This document shows, in pieces, positions 16,066-26,559 of a stretch of 64,000 nt of DNA; the stretch's first letter is position 1, and each line of letters starts with the position of its first letter. The notes under the pieces were generated by a model that made no database searches, was not told where the DNA came from, and worked only from the letters and a program-made list of their open reading frames with translations. Origin of the DNA: Candidatus Latescibacterota bacterium (GTDB lineage Bacteria > Latescibacterota > UBA2968 > UBA8231); assembly GCA_965243025.1 (NCBI GenBank), contig CBDETY010000003.1, positions 2,816,001-2,880,000 of the forward strand. Reading direction: 5' to 3'. The translations under genes and the position numbers were made by a program.

Positions 16066-18150
16066 TCACCCGGCGTTCTCAAGTATCGCGACGTAAGCGT
16101 CGTACAGGTCCTGGATGTTATCGACGTAATGAACCGGCTGCCCGCCCCGGCAGAAGCCGTAGCGCGCCCGCTTGTAGTAGGCCGGCTGCGACAGCAGGCG
16201 CATCGCCTGCTCGACCTGGCCGAACCAGCGGTCGGGATCCCATCCCTGCTCCCGCGCCAGGTGGCGGGCGTCGAGCAGGTGGCCGTAGCCGGCGTTGTAT
16301 GAAGCCAGGGCGAAGCGGATCCGCTCATCGGGCGGGATCTCGCGGTCGAAGCGGTCGAGGAGCTGGTGCATGTACTTCGCTCCGGCGTGGATGCTGTCCT
16401 CCGGATCCTGCAGGTTGGTGAACCCCAGCTGCTCACCCGTCTTCGGCATGATCTGCATCAGTCCCCGGGCCCCGACCCAGCTGACCGCATCCGGATCGAA
16501 CTTGGATTCCTGGTACATCTGCGCGATCAGCATGCGCCAGTCCTGTCCGTAGTGCAGGGCGTATTTTTTGGCCAGGTCGTCGTAGGGGGACAGCTGCCCG
16601 CCCAGGTCGACCCGCATCGAGTCCTTTGCCCGGGCGATGGCGCGCGAGTTCTTGAAGTACCTCTTCTTCATCATGTTGAAGAAGAGGCCCCCCTTCTCCC
16701 GCCTCACGTAGTTGTCGAGCGACGCCAGCAGCCCGGGATTCCCCTTGCGCACCGCCCAGCCCAGCGTGGTCGACTTGACGCTGCATACCGCCTTCAGCCG
16801 GCGGCCGTAGGCCAGCTCGACGTCGAGCAGGTTGGAGTCGCACATGGTGATGCCGTAGAGGCCCTCCTCGACCCCTGCGAGGATATCCTCGGTCTCGACG
16901 TCGTCCGGCAGCGCCACGATTTCGAGGCCCTCCAGTGAATCCTGCAACGCCGTCAGGGTCGTGTAGAACGAGGAGCTGGCGCGCACGTGGATCGTCCGCC
17001 CGGCCAGGTCCTGCAGGCTGGAGATCGAGTCGTTGTCCGCCCGCACCACCACCAGCTCCTCCACCTCGTTGTAGGGCCGGCTGAAGGCGGCCAGGGCCTG
17101 CCTTTCCGGGGTTATCGTCATGGCCGCGGCCACGACGTCTCCCTTGCCCTCATTCAGGTACTGCAGCAGCTCTGCGTGGCTGTCCGGGATGACGATCTCG
17201 AGGCGCAGGCCGTGCTCGGTGGCGAACTTCTTCATCAGCTCGTACTCGAACCCGACCTGCAGGCCGCGGTGGATGAAATAGGTCATGGCGTTGTTGCGCG
17301 TGAGCATGCGCAGGCGGCCGCGTTCGATCAGGCCGGGCAGGTCGTCGGTGAACTCCTGCTGGCGCCCGCGCGTGAACTGCCGGGCGTGAAGGAACTCGTC
17401 CACTTTCAACTTGAGCTCCCTGTCGCCGGGCCGCATCATCAGGGCGATGGGGCGCTCCATGGCCAGCACCAGCGGCGTCGCCAGTCCGTCGTAGTAGCTC
17501 GACAGGGCATTCCACAGATGCGCGTCCGCCACGGTCGCCTCGTACTGCCCGCCGGCGACGCCTGCGAGAATGCCCTCGATGTTGAGGGTTTCCTCCACGG
17601 TGTCGATGCGCAGGGACGGCAACTGCTTCTGAAGCTCGACCAGGGTCCCGTAGTAGGAGCTCGACCTGCGCACGCTGATCTCCATGCCGGCGAGGTCGTC
17701 GACCGTCCGGGGAAGATCCCCGCCCGACCTCATGACCAGGTACTCGTCGACGTGGAGATAGGGGACCGAGAACGCCGCCTGCTCCTGGCGCTCGGGGGTG
17801 ATGGTCAGGCTGGCGGCGACCACGTCCCCCTCCCCTTCCAGCAGCTTCCCCATCATCTGCGAGAAATCCCCGACCTCGACCAGCTCCACCTTCAGCCTGA
17901 GCGCTTCTGCGAGGTCGCGGGCGATGTCGTAGTTGAGGGTCACCTGCTCCCCGTGCCGGGGCATGTAGGAGATCGCCTCCAGGGGCACGATCACCCGCAG
18001 GACGCCGCGCGACCGCAGGTCGGGAAGATCGCCGGTGTACTTGGGAGCCTCGGCCGCCTGCTGCCCGGAAGGCCCCTGGCCGGGTTCGCCGCATTGGGCA
18101 AGCAGGCACAAGGCGGCGAGCGAGGCGGGAAGGAGCAGACAGGTTCTCAT
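16066..18150 (-). CDS. mltF: MltF-like lytic transglycosylase lipoprotein with two substrate-binding modules
   Basis: Lipobox-like LLAQC; two SBP_bac_3-like repeats; SLT motifs YQESKF, GARGLMQ, ASYNAG. Confidence 0.8.
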   Translation of the reverse strand: MRTCLLLPASLAALCLLAQCGEPGQGPSGQQAAEAPKYTGDLPDLRSRGVLRVIVPLEAISYMPRHGEQVTLNYDIARDLAEALRLKVELVEVGDFSQMMGKLLEGEGDVVAASLTITPERQEQAAFSVPYLHVDEYLVMRSGGDLPRTVDDLAGMEISVRRSSSYYGTLVELQKQLPSLRIDTVEETLNIEGILAGVAGGQYEATVADAHLWNALSSYYDGLATPLVLAMERPIALMMRPGDRELKLKVDEFLHARQFTRGRQQEFTDDLPGLIERGRLRMLTRNNAMTYFIHRGLQVGFEYELMKKFATEHGLRLEIVIPDSHAELLQYLNEGKGDVVAAAMTITPERQALAAFSRPYNEVEELVVVRADNDSISSLQDLAGRTIHVRASSSFYTTLTALQDSLEGLEIVALPDDVETEDILAGVEEGLYGITMCDSNLLDVELAYGRRLKAVCSVKSTTLGWAVRKGNPGLLASLDNYVRREKGGLFFNMMKKRYFKNSRAIARAKDSMRVDLGGQLSPYDDLAKKYALHYGQDWRMLIAQMYQESKFDPDAVSWVGARGLMQIMPKTGEQLGFTNLQDPEDSIHAGAKYMHQLLDRFDREIPPDERIRFALASYNAGYGHLLDARHLAREQGWDPDRWFGQVEQAMRLLSQPAYYKRARYGFCRGGQPVHYVDNIQDLYDAYVAILENAG

Positions 18151-18349
18151 CGATATGCCTGTTTCCTGGTTTTCCATTGAGTTGTCACGAAGTTGCGGAT
18201 GGCGGGCGGGGGAAAGTGCGTCGCCTGCGCATCGAATTGTGCGGATACAAAAAATACGGCCTGGTGCCGTGGGCTGACAAAGGCCCTGTTCCATACCACC
18301 ACGGGGGAGCCGGCTGCGCTGCTCCATCCACGCGCATTGACGGAAGGCA

Positions 18350-18560
18350 TGCCCGATGCCGATATCCCGGGCGCAACCTGGCGCATATCCTGCGCGGTCA
18401 GGAGAATGTTCTTTTCGAGGCAGAGCCTGGCAAACACACGGAAATCGGGATGGCCCACTTTCTCGACTGCATTGAAACCGGGCAATCCGCTGACAGACGG
18501 CAGAAAGCAGCCTGCAGGGGCTGCGTGTGATCTGGCGGCTGTACGATGCCGAGGAATCAG
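18350..18560 (+). pseudogene. Possible frameshifted remnant of a Gfo/Idh/MocA oxidoreductase C-terminus
   Basis: MAHFLDCIETG in one frame continues as PLTDGR in another; no intact gene. Confidence 0.3.
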
Positions 18561-18713
18561 GGCGAATTGCAGATCTGACCGGCCCGGGTCTGGATCAGGC
18601 TTGATGAACAGGACAAATTCCCGGGTGACCCACCCCACAACTGGCCTGGTCCGGCGCGCCTCCTGCTCCTGCCGGCAGCTGCCTCGCCGGGTCTCCACGA
18701 CAGAACTGCTCGA

Positions 18714-19529
18714 ATGGTGATCTCGGAAAAAGACAGGGAGTCCTACCGCTCGCAGGGGTTCCTCGTTCTGCGGCAAGCCTTTTCGCGGGCCCGTATCGAG
18801 GCGCTTCTCGAAGGGATCGAGAGGCTGATCGACAAGGGGCTCGCCGGTGAGTGCGAGCTGGGCTGGATCGACCGCGAGCGCCGTCTGCCCGCCCGCACCG
18901 GCCACCTTCTCCACCCCGACAGGTACCACCCCGCCTTCGCCGACTGGATCGACGAGGATCTCGCCCCCCATCTCGAGGCCCTGGTCAGCGGCCCCGGGGT
19001 GCGCCACAGCCTGTTCGGCATGCTCGCCGGGGGCGGCGGGCAGCCCTACACCCAGAAATGGCACCGCGACCTCTGCAGGCCGGGAGACCCCGACGAGACC
19101 GCGTTCCTGCGCCGACACGAAGGGAGCTTCGTGCAGTTCAACGCCCCCCTCGTTCCCGGCGACCGCTTTCTCCACATCGTCCCGGGAAGTCACCGGCGGG
19201 CCTCGACGGCCGCCGAGATCGAGGCTTCCCGCAGCGAGTCGGGAGAGATGCCTGACGCCCTCGTCGTCGACCTGGAGCCCGGGGACATCGCCTGGTACAA
19301 CGCCAACCTCTGGCACCGGGGCTGGAACCCGGAGGGGCGCAAGCGCTGGACCCTGCACTGCGCCTTCTGGAGCGCCGGGGCGCCGGTGATGGCTCACGAG
19401 CACGGACAGCTGGAGCCGCTGACCCGGGACGGGCACCTGGAGCGGATGCCCCCGGTGACCCGGAAGTACATTCAGGGATACCTCGACCGCTATCCCGGGG
19501 GGGAGCCGCCCTCGCTGTTCGACCTGTAG
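18714..19529 (+). CDS. Phytanoyl-CoA dioxygenase (PhyH) family Fe/2OG enzyme
   Basis: Y..QGFLVL, WHRD, VPGSHR, L.PGD...YN..LWHRG. Confidence 0.85.
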   Translation: MVISEKDRESYRSQGFLVLRQAFSRARIEALLEGIERLIDKGLAGECELGWIDRERRLPARTGHLLHPDRYHPAFADWIDEDLAPHLEALVSGPGVRHSLFGMLAGGGGQPYTQKWHRDLCRPGDPDETAFLRRHEGSFVQFNAPLVPGDRFLHIVPGSHRRASTAAEIEASRSESGEMPDALVVDLEPGDIAWYNANLWHRGWNPEGRKRWTLHCAFWSAGAPVMAHEHGQLEPLTRDGHLERMPPVTRKYIQGYLDRYPGGEPPSLFDL

Positions 19530-19576
19530 GCAGTTGCAGGACACGCGCGTCTTCGCCCGACGGACAAGGAGAGCAC

Positions 19577-20245
19577 ATGCACAGCACGGCAGTCTTCGCG
19601 AGCACCGATTTCGACATCGTCGACCGCGGCCAGGCGACGACGCACGCCCGCTACTTCTCCAGCTTCGCCAGGACCGACCGGCTCGGGCTGTTCGCTCCCG
19701 ACGGCTGCGAAGGAGCGGGAGCCACCCTGCTGGTCATGGCCTGCGTCACGGCCTTCTACGACCGCTACCGCGAGGAGGGGGGGGACTTCTTCGCCTATCC
19801 CGACTTCTTCTCCTTTCAGCGGCGGCAGCCGCCGGCGTCGTACACCATGTTCGACATCTGGCCCGGGCACAAGGACGTGCCGGTTCCCGAGGCGGCCAAC
19901 GAAACCGCCGCGGCCATCACCGACCGCGGCGTCGATATACTGCTGCTCCCGGACAGGCCGCCGCGGGAGAACGAGTTCCACCGGGTGCAGATGGCGAGCC
20001 TGGAGCGCAACGTCAGGCGTTGCCTCGTGTACTCGGAAGAGGGGGAGGTGGATGAGCCGACCCTCGAGGTCGCCACCTCGAAGGCGGAACCGATCCGCGA
20101 TTGGGCGGAACGGATGTTCGACTCGGTGGAGGGGGATGGCGAATGGCAGCGGCGGCGCGAGCGCTTCCTCGACTCCATGCCGCTGGACGGGGCCCGCCAG
20201 AGCTTCAGGGAGATCTCTCTCGAGCAGGCTCTTCCGCTGTTGTAG
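19577..20245 (+). CDS. Hypothetical protein
   Basis: AAGGAG RBS, genome-typical codon usage, 222 aa; family not recognised. Confidence 0.7.
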   Translation: MHSTAVFASTDFDIVDRGQATTHARYFSSFARTDRLGLFAPDGCEGAGATLLVMACVTAFYDRYREEGGDFFAYPDFFSFQRRQPPASYTMFDIWPGHKDVPVPEAANETAAAITDRGVDILLLPDRPPRENEFHRVQMASLERNVRRCLVYSEEGEVDEPTLEVATSKAEPIRDWAERMFDSVEGDGEWQRRRERFLDSMPLDGARQSFREISLEQALPLL

Positions 20246-20378
20246 CCGGCGGGGGCGGTCCTGGTTGGGCAGGGTCGCCGGAACCGGCACGGATTCCCGG
20301 GACGGGGGGAGGGCGGGCATGCCCGAGGTCGGGCAGGCCGCCTGGAGGGATATGACGGGAAAGCCGGTACGCCGGCTG

Positions 20379-21311
20379 CTACATCTCGAGGGAAGCCTTG
20401 ATCCGCCCCCAGGAAACCGACTCTACTGCGCTGTCTTCCCCAGGTTGTCCCCCGCCCAGGGGCAGCAGCAGACCGTCAAGACCCCCATCTCCTTTCAGGA
20501 AAAACATTGCCTCCAGGTGATCGAAACCCCCCGAAGCCTCGAGCCATATCCCCGGATCATCCTCCTCGTCGGTCACCATGATCCCGAAGCCGATGACCTG
20601 TCCGGCATTCAGATCGCTGGCAACGCTCCCCTCGATGTCGTCGTACGCCCAGCGGTCGAACGGGGTGACGAACAGCTCGATGACGCTGATGGTAGGGTTT
20701 TCTCCGAACACGCCGCCGCCTGCGTCCCCGTAGGGGGGCAGGACCGCCCAGGAAAACTCCCCCTTCTCCTGCCTGGTGACCCTGTCATCCAGGTTCGGGC
20801 CGTCGGGGGTAAGGGCGATGGCGTTGTATTTCTGAGTATGTTCTCGAACCTTTTCCGCTGATGGCCCGGCGCAATCGAAGACCGCGGAACATCCAACCCC
20901 CCCGCTGTGATCTCCGTCGATTACCAGGGAAATACTGTCATTGAGGCCCATAAAATCGACGCCATCGTAATTGTGGGTGTTCTTGTAGACGTCGTCGCTG
21001 CTCACGAAGGCCACGTAGAAACGGGGCGGGTCGTCGTGCCAGGCCAGCCAGATGCGGAAGTCAAAGTCGGACGGATCAGGAGAACCCTCCGGATCCAGGC
21101 TTGCGAAATCCAGCATGGTCATGGACGGCTCCCCGACTACCTCGTACCAATCATCCACGAGGCCGTCCCTTAAATCGATCTTTTCCAGCATCTCCTCGCT
21201 GAGCCAGGCGACCGGGTACACTCGGTCGCCGATGTGGGCGCCCGCCGAAACGGCCAGCACGAGGACGAGAACCAGGGCCCAACGCTGCTTCTCAATGTGA
21301 ACGCAGGTCAT
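20379..21311 (-). CDS. Secreted protein, [TS]W[GA]RIKA-tail family, copy 4
   Basis: Signal peptide ...AVSAGA|HIGDRVYP; DFRIWLAWHD, IDGDHSGG, ELFVTPFD; ends SAVESVSWGRIKASLEM. Confidence 0.82.
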   Translation of the reverse strand: MTCVHIEKQRWALVLVLVLAVSAGAHIGDRVYPVAWLSEEMLEKIDLRDGLVDDWYEVVGEPSMTMLDFASLDPEGSPDPSDFDFRIWLAWHDDPPRFYVAFVSSDDVYKNTHNYDGVDFMGLNDSISLVIDGDHSGGVGCSAVFDCAGPSAEKVREHTQKYNAIALTPDGPNLDDRVTRQEKGEFSWAVLPPYGDAGGGVFGENPTISVIELFVTPFDRWAYDDIEGSVASDLNAGQVIGFGIMVTDEEDDPGIWLEASGGFDHLEAMFFLKGDGGLDGLLLPLGGGQPGEDSAVESVSWGRIKASLEM

Positions 21312-21323
21312 CTGCTTCCCTCC

Positions 21324-22256
21324 TTACTCCATCTCCAGGGAGGCCTTGATCCGCCCCCAGGAAACCGACTCGACCGCGCTGTCTTCCCCCGGTTCCGGGC
21401 CGGCCTGGGGCAGCAGCAGGCCGTCGAGGCCCCCGTCCGCCTTCAGGAAATACATTGCCTCCAAGTGATCGAAACCCCCCGAAGCCTCGAGCCATATCCC
21501 CGGATCATCCTCCTCGTCGGTCACCATGATCCCGAAGCCGATGACCTGTCCGGCATTCAGATCGCTGGCAACGCTCCCCTCGATGTCGTCGTACGCCCAA
21601 CGGTCGAACGGGGTGACGAACAGCTCGATGACGCTGATGGTAGGGTTTTCTCCGAACACGCCGCCGCCTGCGTCCCCGTAGGGGGGCAGGACCGCCCAGG
21701 AAAACTCCCCCTTCGCCTGCCTGGTGACCTTGTCATCCAGGTTAGGGCCGTCAGGGGTGAGGGCGATGGCGTTGTATTTCTGATTGTGCTCACGAACCTT
21801 TTCCGCTGATGGCCCGGCGCAATCGAAGACGGCGGAACATCCAACCCCCCCGCTGTGATCTCCGTCGATAAGCAGAGAGATACTGTCATTGAGGCCCATA
21901 AAATCGCGGACATCGTAATTGTGGGTATTCTTGTAGATGTCGTCGCTGGCCACGAATGCGACGTAGAAACGGGCGGGGTCGTCGTGCCAGGCCAGCCAGA
22001 TGCGGAAGTCCAGGTCAGAGGGATCCTGATCCGCAATACTACTTGAAAAGTCCAGGGCGGTCATGGCCGGGGCGCCCACCAGCTCCTGCCACTCATCCAC
22101 CAGGCCGTCCCTGAGATCGATCTGTTCCAGCATCTCGTCGCTGAGGTATGAGACCGGGTATACGCGGTCGCCGACGTGAGCCCCGGCCGAGACGGCCAGC
22201 AACAGGACGAGACCAAGGGTCGCCCAACGCTGCTTCGAAATGTTAATGCAGGTCAT
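21324..22256 (-). CDS. Secreted protein, [TS]W[GA]RIKA-tail family, copy 5
   Basis: Same motifs; C-terminal two-thirds nearly identical to copy 4. Confidence 0.82.
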   Translation of the reverse strand: MTCINISKQRWATLGLVLLLAVSAGAHVGDRVYPVSYLSDEMLEQIDLRDGLVDEWQELVGAPAMTALDFSSSIADQDPSDLDFRIWLAWHDDPARFYVAFVASDDIYKNTHNYDVRDFMGLNDSISLLIDGDHSGGVGCSAVFDCAGPSAEKVREHNQKYNAIALTPDGPNLDDKVTRQAKGEFSWAVLPPYGDAGGGVFGENPTISVIELFVTPFDRWAYDDIEGSVASDLNAGQVIGFGIMVTDEEDDPGIWLEASGGFDHLEAMYFLKADGGLDGLLLPQAGPEPGEDSAVESVSWGRIKASLEME

Positions 22257-22268
22257 CTTCTTTCCTCC

Positions 22269-23219
22269 TTACTCCATCTCCAGGGAGGCCTTGATCCGCC
22301 CCCAGGAAACCGACTCGACGGCGCTGTCTTCCCCCGGTTCGGCGCCGGGTCCGGGGAGCAGCATGCCGTCGAGATAGCCGTCGGCTCGCAGGAAAAGCAC
22401 GGCCTCGAAGTGATCGTCAGGTTGCGAGGCTTCGACCCAGGGCAACTCCCACTCGTCTTCCGGGGGGTCCTCATCATACACTATGATCCCGAAGCCAATT
22501 GTTTTGTTCGGGGCCAGATCGCTGACCACGCTCCCCTCGATGTCGTCGAACGCCCATCGGTCGAACGGCGTGACGTAGAGTTCGATCACGCTGATGGTCG
22601 GATTTTCTCCCGCCACGCCGCCGCCCCCGTCCCCGTAAGGCGGCAGAACCGTCCAGGCGAACTCTCCCGTCTCGTATCTTGTGAATTCTTCATCCAGGAT
22701 CGGCCCTTCAGAGGTGCGGGCGATGGCGAAATATCCCTGGCTTTTGTTCCGGATTTCCGCCGCCCTTTCTATAGAGTCACTATCCGCACCGCCGCCGTGA
22801 TCTCCGTCGATCACCACGGAAATGCAGTCGTTTTCGTACCAAAGACGATCCGGTCCCCAGGACTCGGCATTGTAATCGTGGTCGTTCTTGTAAATGTCGT
22901 CGCTGGCGATGTAGGCCACGTAGAAACGGGCAGGGTCGTCGTGCCAGGCCAACCAGATGCGGAAGTCCAGGTCCGACGGATCAGGAGAACCCTCCGGATT
23001 CAGGCTTGCGAAATCCAGCATGGTCATGGACGGTTCCCCGACTACCTCGTACCACTCATCCACCGAGCCGTCCTTCAGGTCGATCTTTCCCAGCATTTCG
23101 TCGCTGAGCCAGGCGACCGGGTACACGCGGTCGCCGATGTGGGCGCCCGCCGAAACGGCCAGCCACAGGACGAGACCGAGGGCGGGGCAACCCTTCTTCC
23201 TGCTTCCGACAGAAGTCAT
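22269..23219 (-). CDS. Secreted protein, [TS]W[GA]RIKA-tail family, copy 6
   Basis: AGGAGGT RBS; same motifs; ends SAVESVSWGRIKASLEME. Confidence 0.82.
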   Translation of the reverse strand: MTSVGSRKKGCPALGLVLWLAVSAGAHIGDRVYPVAWLSDEMLGKIDLKDGSVDEWYEVVGEPSMTMLDFASLNPEGSPDPSDLDFRIWLAWHDDPARFYVAYIASDDIYKNDHDYNAESWGPDRLWYENDCISVVIDGDHGGGADSDSIERAAEIRNKSQGYFAIARTSEGPILDEEFTRYETGEFAWTVLPPYGDGGGGVAGENPTISVIELYVTPFDRWAFDDIEGSVVSDLAPNKTIGFGIIVYDEDPPEDEWELPWVEASQPDDHFEAVLFLRADGYLDGMLLPGPGAEPGEDSAVESVSWGRIKASLEME

Positions 23220-23425
23220 CTCTCACCTCCTTGCCGGTCCGTGTTACCGGCCGGGTCATCGGTTTTTTCCGGCGTTCCGTGCCCAGCGTCATTTCCCTTC
23301 GGATTCAATATAGCCCGGCCAATCCGCGAATCAGCGCGAAAACTTCCCGGGCAAAACTTCAGGGTTCGGTGAAACCCCCGGCGCCATGCCGTATCTTTGC
23401 GGCCTCACCCACTACGGAAAAGCAG

Positions 23426-24664
23426 ATGTCAACCGCAAGAAAAGGGCTTCTGACCGCGATCGGCCCGGGTATTCTTGTCGCGGCCACCGGGGTCGGCGCC
23501 GGCGACCTCGCCACCGCGGCCCTCACCGGCTCCCGGCTCGGCCTCGCCATTCTCTGGGCGGTCGTTGTCGGGGCCTTCGTTAAGTTCGTCCTCAACGAGG
23601 GGCTGACGCGCTGGCAGCTGGCGACCGGCGAGACCCTGCTCGAAGGGGCGATGCGCCGCCTCGGCAGGCCGGCGCAGTACATCTTCCTCGCCTACCTCCT
23701 CGCCTGGAGCTTCATGGTGGCCGCGGCGCTGATGAGCGCCAGCGGCATCGCCGCCCACGCCATCCTGCCGGTCGCGGCCGACCCCTCCGACGGCAAGATC
23801 ATCTACGGCGCCCTGCTCAGCCTGGTCGGACTGGCGATGGTGCGTATCGGCGGCTACCGCCTGTTCGAGAAGGTGATGGGCTTCTTCATCGCCGTGATGT
23901 TCGTCACCGTGCTGATCACCGCCGTCCTGCTGAAACCCCCGCTCGGGGCGGTCCTCAAGGGGCTGGCCTGGCCGTCGATTCCCGATCTGGCCGGCAACGG
24001 GCTGTCCTGGACGATAGCGCTGATGGGCGGGGTCGGCGGCACCGTGACCGTGCTCTGCTACGGGTACTGGATCCGCGAGGAGGGGCGCCGCTCCGCCGAG
24101 GATCTGGCGGCCTGCCGTTTCGACCTCGGCGTCGCCTATGGGATGACCGCCCTGTTCGGGATGGCGATGGTGGTGATCGGCAGCGCCATCGAAGCCGACG
24201 GCAAGGGGGCGACCCTCGTCATCCGCCTGGCCGACCGCCTCGGGGCGGAGCTCGGGACACTCGGGAAATGGGCGTTTCTGATCGGCGCCTTCGGCGCCAT
24301 CTTCAGCAGCCTCCTCGGCGTCTGGCAGAGCGTCCCCTACCTGTTCAGCGACCTGTGGGGGATGATGCGGGCCCGCGATTCCCCGCCCCCGCCGGTGAGC
24401 ACGGACTCGGCGGTGTACCGCTGGTTCCTCTACGGGCTCGCGGTGCTGCCGATGGCCGGGCTCTGGGTCGGCTTCGCGAAGATGCAGAAGACCTACGCCG
24501 TCTTCGGCGCCGTCTTCATGCCGATGCTCGCCCTGGTGCTGCTGCTGCTCAACGGGCGCGCCGACTGGATCGGCCGGCAGTACCGCAACCGGCCGCTGAC
24601 GACGATCCTCCTCCTGCTCATCCTCATCTTCTTCGCCGCCGCCGGATACCTGGCGGTGGCCTGA
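23426..24664 (+). CDS. Nramp/MntH-related (YcsG-like) membrane transporter
   Basis: IGPGILVAATGVGAGDL, RWQLATGETLLEG, about 11 TM segments. Confidence 0.8.
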   Translation: MSTARKGLLTAIGPGILVAATGVGAGDLATAALTGSRLGLAILWAVVVGAFVKFVLNEGLTRWQLATGETLLEGAMRRLGRPAQYIFLAYLLAWSFMVAAALMSASGIAAHAILPVAADPSDGKIIYGALLSLVGLAMVRIGGYRLFEKVMGFFIAVMFVTVLITAVLLKPPLGAVLKGLAWPSIPDLAGNGLSWTIALMGGVGGTVTVLCYGYWIREEGRRSAEDLAACRFDLGVAYGMTALFGMAMVVIGSAIEADGKGATLVIRLADRLGAELGTLGKWAFLIGAFGAIFSSLLGVWQSVPYLFSDLWGMMRARDSPPPPVSTDSAVYRWFLYGLAVLPMAGLWVGFAKMQKTYAVFGAVFMPMLALVLLLLNGRADWIGRQYRNRPLTTILLLLILIFFAAAGYLAVA

Positions 24665-24681
24665 CCCTGCACGAGGCTGTG

Positions 24682-25518
24682 ATGAAAACCGAAGTCACCC
24701 CCGAACAGATTGACCACCACCGGCGCGAAGGCTGGACCATCGTCGAGGATTTCCTCTCACCCGGCGAGCTGCGGGAGCTCAGCGACGCGGTCGAGGACTC
24801 GGTCGCGCGCATGGGAGACGACAAGCTGACCGGCGAGGGGAACGAGCGCATCAGGAAGAACGAAGGGGGCAGGGAGTACTACGACCGCGTCTTCCTGCAG
24901 CGCCTCAACCTCTGGAAGATCGACGCCACCGTCAGGAAGTACATGCTCTCCCCGGAGCTCGGGGAGATGCTCTGCCGGCTCGAGGGGATCGACGGCATCC
25001 GCGTCTGGCACGACCAGACCCTGCAGAAGGGTCCCTGGGGAAATCCGAGCTCCTGGCATATCGACGTTCCGAGCTGGTCCTTCTGCTCGCCGCACGCGAT
25101 CTCGATCTGGATCGCCCTCGACGACGCCACCATCCAGAACGGCTGCATGTACTACATCGCGGGGTCCCACCGCGAGGCGGTGTACGAGAAGAAGGGGGGA
25201 TTCAGCCCCAACGTCGGCGCCATTTTCGACCAGTATCCCCAGTGGCGCGGCCGCGAGCCCGTCGCCGTCATCCTGAAGGCGGGGGACGCCGCCTTCCACA
25301 ACGGGCTGATGGCGCACGCCGCCGGCCCCAATATGACGCCGCGCTCGCGCCGGGCAATGACCTGCGCCTACATGCCGGACGGGGCCACATACAACGGCAT
25401 CCAGAACATCCTCTCCGACGAGCAGATCGCGAGGCTGGAGATCGGGGACGTGCTCGACGACGAGGGCCAGGTGCCGCTGGTCTGGTCGAAGGAGATGGCC
25501 GCGGCCGGCACCGGGTAG
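24682..25518 (+). CDS. Phytanoyl-CoA dioxygenase (PhyH) family enzyme
   Basis: WHID, WIALDDAT..NGCM..I.GSH, LKAGD..FHNG...H.AG.N. Confidence 0.88.
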   Translation: MKTEVTPEQIDHHRREGWTIVEDFLSPGELRELSDAVEDSVARMGDDKLTGEGNERIRKNEGGREYYDRVFLQRLNLWKIDATVRKYMLSPELGEMLCRLEGIDGIRVWHDQTLQKGPWGNPSSWHIDVPSWSFCSPHAISIWIALDDATIQNGCMYYIAGSHREAVYEKKGGFSPNVGAIFDQYPQWRGREPVAVILKAGDAAFHNGLMAHAAGPNMTPRSRRAMTCAYMPDGATYNGIQNILSDEQIARLEIGDVLDDEGQVPLVWSKEMAAAGTG

Positions 25519-25666
25519 CTCCGCCGGGCGTGCGGGCTCCGCCCCCGGCGGGCTTCACGACGGCCGCTCCAGGAGGGACGCCTCCCGAGGGTCGGCGCCC
25601 CGGCATTCACGCGGCTCCCGGAATCCGCCGCAGTCCGCGGGGCCGGCTCGTTTTCCTCGACCCGAA

Positions 25667-26470
25667 TCAGCCGGTCGAGGGCGGTTCCCCGTCCTCCACC
25701 TCGCCCCCGGCTGCCAGCCACTCCTCGTACTCCCGCTGACCCACTTCGTCCAACGGGTAGTACCTCGACAGGGCGCCCCCCTGCTGCAGCTTCATGCGCA
25801 CGAAGATCTCCTTCTCGTCGCGGGTACCCCCGATCTCGAGGACCTTCGGGATCAGCCGCGGCGGCACCACGATGGCGCCGCCGTCGTCGGCCATGATCAC
25901 GTCGCCGGGATGGACCCGCACCTTGCCGCAGGCGACCGGCAGGTTGACGTCGGCCGGGAACATGTTGAGGTGGCCGGCCCCGCCGGTGGTCACCCCGGCC
26001 GACCAGACCGGCACCCCGAGGTCGTTGAAGATCGGGGCGGAATCCCTTATCGCCGCGTCGATCACGACGCCGGCTCCCCCCTGCGCCTTGAAGTAGGTCA
26101 TCAGCATCTCGCCGAAGACGCCGGTCGTCAGGTCTCCCCGGCCGTCGACGACGATGACGTCTCCCTCCTGGACGTAGTCGAACACCTCCCAGAGGGCGGA
26201 GCGCTTCTCCCCCTCCTCCTCCCCTTCGACGGTGGAGGACCCCTTTTCTTCTCCCGGGATCTCGTATCCCCCCAGCAGGTCCTCGCGCATCGGCAGGAAG
26301 CGCAGGGTCAGGGCCGGACCGGCGATCTTGCTGCCCGGGACCCGGGCCACCGGTCCCTCCATGAAGTTGCGGCGCACCCCGAGGGAATCCAGGGTCGAGG
26401 TGACGGTGTCCACGCCGATCCTTCCCAGTGCTTCCACTACTTCCCGGGGCGGTCTCCTGATGTCGTTCAT
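25667..26470 (-). CDS. RraA/HMG-aldolase family protein
   Basis: IAGPALT, GDVIVVD, FGEML, G.VID..IRD, V.PGDVI.AD.GG..VVP. Confidence 0.85.
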   Translation of the reverse strand: MNDIRRPPREVVEALGRIGVDTVTSTLDSLGVRRNFMEGPVARVPGSKIAGPALTLRFLPMREDLLGGYEIPGEEKGSSTVEGEEEGEKRSALWEVFDYVQEGDVIVVDGRGDLTTGVFGEMLMTYFKAQGGAGVVIDAAIRDSAPIFNDLGVPVWSAGVTTGGAGHLNMFPADVNLPVACGKVRVHPGDVIMADDGGAIVVPPRLIPKVLEIGGTRDEKEIFVRMKLQQGGALSRYYPLDEVGQREYEEWLAAGGEVEDGEPPSTG

Positions 26471-26559
26471 TACGCATCTCCTTCGGTTTGTGCCGGATCG
26501 GTGCCGATCTTTCCCAGTGCCTCGACTACTTCGCGGGGCGGCCTCCTGATGTCGTTCAT
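26470..26559 (-). repeat. Duplicated 5' end of the RraA-family gene forming a 29-aa upstream ORF
   Basis: MNDIRRPPREVVEALGKIGTDPAQTEGDA* precedes MNDIRRPPREVVEALGRIGVD..., joined by a TAATG overlap. Confidence 0.75.
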
